A program made the translations under genes and the position numbers. From Candidatus Saccharimonadia bacterium (GTDB lineage: Bacteria > Patescibacteriota > Saccharimonadia > UBA4664), in assembly GCA_038244255.1 (NCBI GenBank), contig JBBRTP010000001.1, positions 1-36,133 of the forward strand: 36,133 nt of DNA, written 5' to 3'. This document shows, one piece after another, positions 25,295-31,880 of the stretch. A model generated the notes under the pieces. That model did not search any database. It saw only the letters and a list, made by a program, of their open reading frames with translations, and was not told the origin of the DNA. Each line of letters opens with the position of its first letter. Position 1 is the stretch's first letter.

Positions 25295-25696
25295 TTAGTA
25301 ATTTAGGTAAGAACGAAAGATATATCCGTTCAGCCCGTTATAGGTGACCTGCTGCCACTGACTGTCGCGATACGGACCGAGTACCACGGTGGTGCCACCG
25401 TTGAGGTCGGTAACTATGGGCGTGGCGGTAGAGGCGCCAGCTCGCAGATGAACAAAGGAATTAGTGACCGCTGTGGGTACCACGGGTGGGGCCGTGGGTA
25501 CGGGCGTAGCGGTCGGCGCGATTGAAGGGCTCGGCATGAGGCTGGGTGACGGCCGTGGCGTAGCCGACGGGCTCACATGGATGAGGCTATCATCGGCTAT
25601 ACGGCCATGGTGGCCGACGGCGAGCGTGGCCTCGGTGAGTAGTGAGGCCACCAAGGCCAGCAGCAGTATCCCCACAAGTGCGTATGCCACCCTCAT
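25295..25696 (-). CDS. membrane-anchored SH3b-domain protein
   Basis: N-terminal TM segment, a Pro/Thr/Ser linker, and a C-terminus (VHLRAGAST..WQQVTYNGLNGYIFRSYL) typical of bacterial SH3 domains. Confidence 0.7.
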   Translation of the reverse strand: MRVAYALVGILLLALVASLLTEATLAVGHHGRIADDSLIHVSPSATPRPSPSLMPSPSIAPTATPVPTAPPVVPTAVTNSFVHLRAGASTATPIVTDLNGGTTVVLGPYRDSQWQQVTYNGLNGYIFRSYLNY

Positions 25697-25703
25697 TTCG
25701 AGC

Positions 25704-26012
25704 CTACGACGTGTAATATTTGAGGTAGAGAGCCACGATGGCAGCGGCTACACCAGCTATCACCAGGAGACCAACGATAAACTGCAGGACCACCCGCCAG
25801 CCACCGCCAGACCGCTTGGCCTTGGGGGCATTGACCTTGGCCTGCGGTGCGGCCACCGGGGCTGAAGGTGCGGCAGTTGGACGCGACTGGGGAGCAACGG
25901 GACGCGGGGCCGGAGCTGCCGGGCGGGGTTGCGGGGCTACGGGAGCCTGAGGCTGGGCTGGGCGTGACGGTGGACGCATGTCCATAGAGCGGCGCGGGCC
26001 GATATCACTCAT
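25704..26012 (-). CDS. Pro-rich protein with C-terminal TM anchor (start uncertain)
   Basis: ORF track lists 25704-26081 with a TTG start. The ATG at 26012 is an alternative. Confidence 0.45.
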   Translation of the reverse strand: MSDIGPRRSMDMRPPSRPAQPQAPVAPQPRPAAPAPRPVAPQSRPTAAPSAPVAAPQAKVNAPKAKRSGGGWRVVLQFIVGLLVIAGVAAAIVALYLKYYTS

Positions 26013-26159
26013 TCGTTTGGAGGGTTGCTGCTGTGGTTCCACCTGAGTTTCGTACCTATTAGTACTCACATAATAGCACAATCGTAAAAGAGCTTATGGT
26101 TTATTAAGCATGAGAAAGGGCACCCCACAGAGAGTGGGGTGCCCGGCGGACATGATGGG

Positions 26160-27980
26160 TCAGTCACGAAAGATCGCTATGCGTTGCTCCAGGGTGAGCT
26201 TGCGGAACCCCGGGAAGCACGACAGCTCGGCTACGAGATCCAGGACTTGACGTCCTCGTTCGATCTCTTCCTGATCTAGCTCCTCGCCCTCGCGACCTAG
26301 CGTGAGGACGAAGAGCGGAGCAGGAGCAGCATCGGCTACCAGCTCGTCGGTGGCTACCCCAACGGCAGCCTCGACGGGATGGTGACCATTGCCGTTGTGG
26401 CCGTTGGTAGCGACCGACTCGGGCACGAAGGCTTCGGTCGGTTCACCGAGGACAGCATCCGCCTCGACGGCGTTGATGACATCGATGAGCTCCGGATCGG
26501 TCGCCGACGCCAAGGCTAGAGGCACCTCTGTGGGCTCAACCGTTGCCGTTACGAGCGGGCCGAAGCGATTGCGACAGATCTCCTCGCCGATCTCGGTGAG
26601 AGCAATCGACAGGCAGCGCTTGCCGTTGATGCGACGATCGATGAGATTCTTGTCGGTCAAGCCGGTCAGCACCCCTGCCAGAGCGGTCATCTGATTAGAA
26701 CGGTCAAGACGCTCGGCAAGTCGCCGCGTCGCCTTGCCATCGCTATCTTCGACCGAACCGTCGCGGTACAGCGACTCCAGAGCCTTCCAGCCGGGTGCCA
26801 ACAACTTATAACCGGACTTGTTCGGCTTATGCGTCTGAACCGGCTCCACACTTGGCACCGATACACGAGCTGCGGGCGATGGTTGCGGCCGGGGCGGCGA
26901 AGCTGGCTCAGGTCTCGGTACCGGATGAGCGCGGAAGTTGTCCTCTCGTACCTGAAGCCACAGTCTGAATTCGGGGATGGCCTGGAGCACCTCATACCAC
27001 TGGTACAGGTAGCTTTGCTCGACCGAGTTCGGCACCTTCTCGCCGAAGAACACACGAAATAGTCGGCACTCGTGAGGCATGAACTCCTCATCGCTCAACC
27101 GGGCCTCAAGCTGACTCCAGGCATACCTCTTGTCGAGGGAAGTTGTTCCCATCAGGCGGGTATTCATTGAAGACTCCATCCCTATCTCGTCCGAGTTTAG
27201 CTTGGACAACGCCTTTGTGAGTTTAGCCCTCACCTCTTGAAATATCTGACAGGCGCGACTTTCGGTGACTCCCAGATCTTCGCCGATCAGCCTTAGCGTG
27301 CGCTCTCGCAGTACATGCTCTACGAAGACGTATCGGGAACGCGGAGCCAGTTTGCTGATGGCACTACGCAGCTCAGCAATGGTTTCTTTGTGCTCAAAAT
27401 GCTCTTCCGCCGAGATTGAGTCATCCTTAAGCATATCGATGAGCGAGAGCGTAGAATCTGATTCACCCGTAGATTCCCTCATCTCATCGATCGAATGTTG
27501 ATAACCCGACGCTCTGATCCTCAGCAATTGAGTGCGGTAGGTCGCTTCACTCACGCCCATTACCTCGGCAGTCTGCACCGCGGAGGGATCAATTACTGCA
27601 GCAGCAGCCAGTTGATCCAAAGCAGCGTCGATCCGACGGAACCAGGACGTACGGAAACGGTCCATCGAGCTATCAGCTCTGAGTTCGTCGATTATGGCAC
27701 CACGGACCCTCAGGAAGGCATAGGTCTTGAAGTCTGTTCCTCTTGACGGATCGAACCGTTCGATCGCGTCCATCAGGCCAATAACGCCGTACGAGACCAT
27801 GTCATCAAGAGTGACATAGTTGGTGACATATCCCTGGTAACACTGCTTGGCGCACGCTACCGCGATCCCCCGATATCTCAGGAGGAGGAAGTTGCGGTCG
27901 TCTAACCGACCGTACCGCCAATACCTTCTCCAGGTCATCTCAACTTCATCGTGCAGCTCGGCCAAAGGCTCAGCGGTCAT
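26160..27980 (-). CDS. group-3 (FliA/WhiG-like) sigma factor fused to an approximately 335-aa C-terminal extension
   Basis: Region 2 (VSYGVIGLMDAIERFDPSRGTDFKTYAFLRVRGAIIDELR) and region 4 (RTLRLIGEDLGVTESRACQIFQEVRAKL) lie within the first about 275 aa. The extension contains a winged-helix-like stretch. GAGGAGG SD precedes the ATG at 27980. Confidence 0.8.
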   Translation of the reverse strand: MTAEPLAELHDEVEMTWRRYWRYGRLDDRNFLLLRYRGIAVACAKQCYQGYVTNYVTLDDMVSYGVIGLMDAIERFDPSRGTDFKTYAFLRVRGAIIDELRADSSMDRFRTSWFRRIDAALDQLAAAAVIDPSAVQTAEVMGVSEATYRTQLLRIRASGYQHSIDEMRESTGESDSTLSLIDMLKDDSISAEEHFEHKETIAELRSAISKLAPRSRYVFVEHVLRERTLRLIGEDLGVTESRACQIFQEVRAKLTKALSKLNSDEIGMESSMNTRLMGTTSLDKRYAWSQLEARLSDEEFMPHECRLFRVFFGEKVPNSVEQSYLYQWYEVLQAIPEFRLWLQVREDNFRAHPVPRPEPASPPRPQPSPAARVSVPSVEPVQTHKPNKSGYKLLAPGWKALESLYRDGSVEDSDGKATRRLAERLDRSNQMTALAGVLTGLTDKNLIDRRINGKRCLSIALTEIGEEICRNRFGPLVTATVEPTEVPLALASATDPELIDVINAVEADAVLGEPTEAFVPESVATNGHNGNGHHPVEAAVGVATDELVADAAPAPLFVLTLGREGEELDQEEIERGRQVLDLVAELSCFPGFRKLTLEQRIAIFRD

Positions 27981-28273
27981 CTCACACCTCCTCAAACACG
28001 TTGTCGAAGAACTCCGTCTTGGATGGGAGGATGATAGCCCTTAAGCCTAACCCCGTCAACGCTCGCGCCGCGGCCCGGAGGCTTGTCACTTCCCTCCTGG
28101 TCTGGTACGATATGTCGGTTATTTGACCTCAGACATCGACCATATAAGGGTCATTTGCACGAGTTCGATGCCAGGAAGCGCCGAGTACCAAGCGAGCCGT
28201 ATATAAACATACGGTGAGTGCGGAACGCAGGCGATGACGCCGCAACGAGACGTGAAAATGAGCCGACCCACGA

Positions 28274-28349
28274 GGGCTCGTAGTGAAGTGGTTATCACGC
28301 CTCCCTGTCACGGAGGAGATCGCCGGTTCGAAACCGGTCGAGCCCGCCA
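28274..28349 (+). tRNA. tRNA-Asp (anticodon GTC), CCA encoded
   Basis: GGGCTCGTAGTGAAGTGGTTATCACGCCTCCCTGTCACGGAGGAGATCGCCGGTTCGAAACCGGTCGAGCCCGCCA. Confidence 0.92.
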
Positions 28350-28356
28350 TTGAAAG

Positions 28357-28380
28357 ACCGTCACGCAAGTGGCGGTTTTT
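28357..28380 (+). terminator. tRNA-Asp terminator
   Basis: ACCGTCAC-gcaa-GTGGCGGT followed by TTTTT. Confidence 0.7.
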
Positions 28381-28404
28381 CATGTTGTGAATCAGTAGGC
28401 TCAT

Positions 28405-28480
28405 TTGTATTTATACCATTTTTGTGTTATAGTAAATTATCGCTCACCGAGCGTTCGACCTGCGTCACGCACGACGTCGC
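28405..28480 (+). promoter_or_regulatory. promoter (TTGTAT-17-TGtTATAGT) plus conserved structured leader, copy 1
   Basis: The 61-nt block 28420-28480 matches 34546-34606 at 54/61 positions. It contains hairpin CGCTC-acc-GAGCG, palindromes TGCGTCACGCA and CGACGTCG. Confidence 0.6.
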
Positions 28481-28505
28481 ACTACTCCATCGAGAGGAGC
28501 CCAAC

Positions 28506-28958
28506 ATGGGTTCGAGTCGCACCAACATGCCAACGGTGGCTGGCGGCGCCACAAGCGGCGAGGCCAGTAACACCGAGATCGCGCCCAACCGACGCAGTCT
28601 CCATCTCGTCTCCGAGGGCTGGGAGAACTTCTCGGCAGCTCTGATGTACTACTTCAGGGACGATGCCACTCCTGTGCACTGGATCATCGAACCAGAGCTT
28701 GGCTTCTGCCTCAGCCACGACACGATCCTCGATCCCACGTATAGTGAGGGTGGCGTTGCCGGCTCGCTTCACGATGCGACCGATTGTGCCTACGACTGGC
28801 TGGTCAGCCTCAATCACGCCGAGAGGTACCGCCTCGTGAAATGCTGGCCGAACGATGGGTCCAACCTCACCGAGCTCACCGGCTTCCAGATGAACACGCG
28901 CTACCAGCGCCTCCGGACCGATCAGGACATCCTCGAGATCAAGCCCGCCTGGGTCTGA
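28506..28958 (+). CDS. hypothetical protein, paralog of 34644-35030
   Basis: GAGAGGAG SD. Shared motifs are SAAL..YFRD, ERYRL/ARYQL, PND.S..T.L.GF and a terminal PAWV. GC3-rich. Confidence 0.65.
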   Translation: MGSSRTNMPTVAGGATSGEASNTEIAPNRRSLHLVSEGWENFSAALMYYFRDDATPVHWIIEPELGFCLSHDTILDPTYSEGGVAGSLHDATDCAYDWLVSLNHAERYRLVKCWPNDGSNLTELTGFQMNTRYQRLRTDQDILEIKPAWV

Positions 28959-29212
28959 CCCCGCCCCCTCGGGGCATCCACCCGTCACTCCGACGAAGAT
29001 GCCCAGGAGGGGGCATTTTCTTGTCTTTGGAGCTGGAAATAAGTCCGAACATCATCCGATACGGCCCGCCATAAAAGACGTCTTGCCTTGCGCAGGGCGT
29101 CTTTTATGATGATTTGTCGGCCGGTTGAGAACGTCGCTGGTTCGGCGAAGCCAAGACGCCGCAGGCGGACCTTGGCGGAGAAGGCGCAGCCGCTAACCGG
29201 TCGAGCCCGCCA
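28959..29212 (+). repeat. cassette boundary module, copy A (about 254 bp)
   Basis: It starts immediately after the stop codon. It is homologous to 29785-30037 and ends with an 18-nt copy of the tRNA-Asp 3' end. Confidence 0.85.
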
Positions 29213-29269
29213 GCAATCGTTTAGAGGCTTTATTTAGTTTCTTTTTGTTAGCAAACACACAATCGTCGA

Positions 29270-29298
29270 TGTCGAATTATTGACCAATCTATCATTTT
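29270..29298 (+). promoter_or_regulatory. promoter TTGACC-17-TATTAT
   Basis: Read directly from the sequence, upstream of the 29401 gene. Confidence 0.5.
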
Positions 29299-29400
29299 AT
29301 GGTATTATTTACCAAATCCCTCCCCGTTATGGGTAGGTCCGCCATCTGGCGTAGGAGGTTTCAGCAGCTCCTCTGCTGACGCACCGAGAGGTAGGTCGTT

Positions 29401-29775
29401 ATGACCGCCAAGATCATCGTGGCTGGTCCCTCTAAGTGGGACATCATGATTTCCATCTTTGAGGGTACAAAGGTCAGATTCACTGCCGATGACGGCTCCG
29501 TGGTCAGATCTCGCATCCAAGCAATCTTCGACAACATGGGCTGGTATCTCGGCGACAAGCCAATCCTCAAGAGTCAGGCCTATCTCTTTGCAGGTGAGTT
29601 CGAAGAGGATGAGAAGTCGATAAAATTCTTCGCCTACTACTCGCCTAGTGAGCGAAGCGGCTTCATCAGCACCAACGTCCTTGATGATGGCAGCTTCTTC
29701 GACGCCGGCCGTGACGGTTACACAGAACTCCACGAGGTCTGGGTCAAGCACATCCTTGGCTCAACCACCACCTAG
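29401..29775 (+). CDS. hypothetical protein (cassette 2)
   Basis: Listed in the ORF track. GAGAGG SD. No recognisable domain. Confidence 0.6.
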   Translation: MTAKIIVAGPSKWDIMISIFEGTKVRFTADDGSVVRSRIQAIFDNMGWYLGDKPILKSQAYLFAGEFEEDEKSIKFFAYYSPSERSGFISTNVLDDGSFFDAGRDGYTELHEVWVKHILGSTTT

Positions 29776-29784
29776 ACCAGACTA

Positions 29785-30037
29785 CCCCGCCCCCTCGGGG
29801 CATCCAACCGTCACTACGACGAAGATGCCCAGGAGGGGGCATTTTCGTGCCCGGTTGTACTGAAATAAGTCCGAACATCCTCCGCTACGGCCCGCCATAA
29901 CAAAAGACTCACCCCGAGTGGGTCTTTTATTATGTAGACTTAGCTCCGGTTTCGAACGTCGCAGGTTCGGCGAAGCCAAGACGCCGGAGGCGGACCTTGG
30001 CGAAGAAGGCGGAGCCGCTAACCGGTCGAGCCCGCCA
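29785..30037 (+). repeat. cassette boundary module, copy B (about 253 bp)
   Basis: Homologous to 28959-29212. Confidence 0.85.
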
Positions 30038-30068
30038 TTGAAAGACCGTCACGCATGTGGCGGTTTTT
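30020..30068 (+). repeat. direct repeat of the tRNA-Asp 3' end plus its terminator
   Basis: 49 nt identical to 28332-28380 except one loop base. Weaker similarity continues to about 30095 versus about 28405. Confidence 0.85.
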
Positions 30069-30144
30069 CTTATGCTTTGAAATAATCAGTAGCTGACAGA
30101 TAATAATGCTTCGTAACTTCACATTCTGGACCAAGGAGCGAATC

Positions 30145-31257
30145 ATGGTTGACCAGCCTATGACGTACTCAGGCAGCGGCGTCAGCTATGACGCCATGGA
30201 CCCATTCAAGCGTGCTTGCCAGCTCGTTGGCCTTGAGACAGCCGAGAACATCCGGCGGCTCGCCGGTGGTGAGCTCAGGGAGCTGGAGGCAAGTCGAGGT
30301 GAAAGTGTCTACCTCATCGAAACGCCTGATAGCTACCTTGCCCACGTCGAAGAGGGACTAGGCACCAAGAACCTCGTCGCCGACGCCATGTACGCTCTTA
30401 CCGGCAAGTCCTACTACGACCAAGTCGCCCAGGACGCGGTGGCCATGATCGTCAACGACATGATCACGCTAGGCGCCCTACCGCTCTCGGTTGCCATGCA
30501 CCTAGCAGCCGGCTCATCTGACTGGTTCAACGACGAGACCCGCTGGACAGACCTCATCGAGGGCTGGAAGGCTGCCTGCAACCAGGCAGGGTGTATCTAC
30601 AGCGCCGGCGAGTCGCCCACACTCAGGGACCTTGTCATGCCGGGCACGGTTGTCATATCGGGCTCGGCTATGGGCATCATCAAGCCCAAGGCACGGCTGA
30701 TTAAGAGCAATATCCAGAATGGCGACGCCATCGTCATTTTGGCTAGCTCCGGCTCTCACGCCAATGGCCTGACCCTAGCGCGAGACATCGCTGAGCGCAC
30801 GGGTTACGATGCCAAGCTAAGCGACGGCCGGATGTTCGGCGAAGCCCTGCTCGACCCGACGACCATCTATGTCCCCGTCGTGGAGGGTTGCCTGGACGCC
30901 GGGATCGACATCCACTACACGGTTAACATCACGGGCCACGGTTGGCGCAAGCTGATGCGGGCGGTGGAGCCGTTCGTTTACTGGATCCAGTACGTCCCCG
31001 AACCCCAGCCAGTCTTCAAATTCATCATGGAGCACGGACCGGTGGACGAAGAGGAGATGTATGGCAACTACAACATGGGTGCCGGCTTCGCTCTCTATGT
31101 CGACAACTCTGATGTCGATCGAGTTATCCAGATAGCTGCCCAAAGCGGCATCGAAGCCTGGTACGCGGGGTACATCGGGAAGGTCGGTAACAAGAAACGA
31201 GTGATGATCCTGCCAAAGCATCTGGTTTACGAAAGCGAAACGCTTGCCGTTCGCTGA
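30145..31257 (+). CDS. PurM-family (AIR synthase-related) protein
   Basis: EGLGTK, MIVNDMITLGALPL, SAGESPT..MPG and SSGSHANGLTL motifs parallel PurM. AAGGAG SD precedes the ATG at 30145. Confidence 0.75.
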   Translation: MVDQPMTYSGSGVSYDAMDPFKRACQLVGLETAENIRRLAGGELRELEASRGESVYLIETPDSYLAHVEEGLGTKNLVADAMYALTGKSYYDQVAQDAVAMIVNDMITLGALPLSVAMHLAAGSSDWFNDETRWTDLIEGWKAACNQAGCIYSAGESPTLRDLVMPGTVVISGSAMGIIKPKARLIKSNIQNGDAIVILASSGSHANGLTLARDIAERTGYDAKLSDGRMFGEALLDPTTIYVPVVEGCLDAGIDIHYTVNITGHGWRKLMRAVEPFVYWIQYVPEPQPVFKFIMEHGPVDEEEMYGNYNMGAGFALYVDNSDVDRVIQIAAQSGIEAWYAGYIGKVGNKKRVMILPKHLVYESETLAVR

Positions 31258-31356
31258 TTCACCTAGCAGTAGGTGGGTGCTCAGCTCCGGAGGTAACTCT
31301 GGAGCTGAGACTCAACCCAAGCTTTTAACAATTGTTGAAGGCTTAGGCTGAAATAT

Positions 31357-31392
31357 GAAATAAGTCCGAACGTCCTCCGCTACGGCCCGCCA
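31357..31392 (+). repeat. third copy of the GAAATAAGTCCGAAC...TACGGCCCGCCA motif
   Basis: It matches 29036-29071 and 29862-29897. The following about 40 nt resemble 29213-29250. Confidence 0.75.
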
Positions 31393-31502
31393 GTAATCAT
31401 TTGGAGTCTTTCTTAAGCCTCTTTTTGTATTCCAAGATTGACTTCTGACCGAGTTTATCATATCGTGCTCCTGTTCGCTCCCGAGACCGAAATGAGGCCA
31501 CC

Positions 31503-31760
31503 TTGCCCAGTTCCAATCCAGTTGCCCAAGCTTCGGCGCCGAAAGGCCAGCACGCAGATCCGAACCATCACTGCCCCTACCGTGAGGCACTAGAAGAACT
31601 CGACCGGATGCGGCCCAATGATTTCAAAACGGGTCAAGGCCACCTTTCGCCCGCATTCCGCGAGGTGAACGTCTCGGCAGTCATGATGCACGTCTGTCGC
31701 ATCGTGAACCGCATACTGCATAACACTGACGAGAACGGCCAGCCCCTTCAGCAGGCGTAG
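31503..31760 (+). CDS. hypothetical protein (TTG start)
   Basis: GAGG lies 6 nt upstream of the start, and a TTGACT-17-TATCGT promoter-like site lies at about 31437-31465. An antisense ORF competes with it. Confidence 0.35.
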   Translation: MPSSNPVAQASAPKGQHADPNHHCPYREALEELDRMRPNDFKTGQGHLSPAFREVNVSAVMMHVCRIVNRILHNTDENGQPLQQA

Positions 31761-31880
31761 ACCCCACCAGCGAAAATTGAGCCGCACTACGGACGCATGA
31801 GCGTCGCCGGTAGGCGGCTCTCATGTATTCAAATATTCAAACCATGAATTATATCCTAACCTCATCCGCGACTAGATAAG

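Noticed and set aside
28000-28273. An about 270-nt intergenic region between the sigma gene and tRNA-Asp, considered as a possible structured ncRNA (SRP, 6S or similar).
   Set aside because: I found no conserved SRP, tmRNA or RNase P core motifs by eye. It is more simply the divergent promoter and leader region. A covariance-model scan would be needed to exclude an ncRNA.
28350-28505. In-frame upstream extensions of the paralogous genes (ORF-track starts 28350 and 34539). These would make the conserved block an N-terminal peptide (..CYS.LSL.ERST.VT.DVA..).
   Set aside because: The 28350 version would start inside the tRNA-Asp terminator. The substitutions between the two copies fall mostly at first or second codon positions, in hairpin loops, or as a compensatory pair. 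Good SDs precede the internal ATGs at 28506 and 34644.
29036-29071. The GAAATAAGTCCGAAC motif as a fragment of RNase P RNA (it resembles GGAAAGUCCGGGC) or of another tRNA 3' end.
   Set aside because: The similarity is limited to a few bases. There is no surrounding P4/P2-like context, and the motif occurs three times at cassette boundaries, which fits a recombination or boundary element better.
29782-29979. Minus-strand ORFs lying over the repeat modules (29782-29979 and 31312-31590).
   Set aside because: The shared repeat motif is read in different frames in the two ORFs, so they are most likely non-coding.
28959-30037. A possible CRISPR array or integron attC array.
   Set aside because: There are only two full copies of an about 253-bp unit, far longer than CRISPR repeats. 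There are no short regular spacers, no cas genes, no intI gene and no GTTRRRY cores that I could see.
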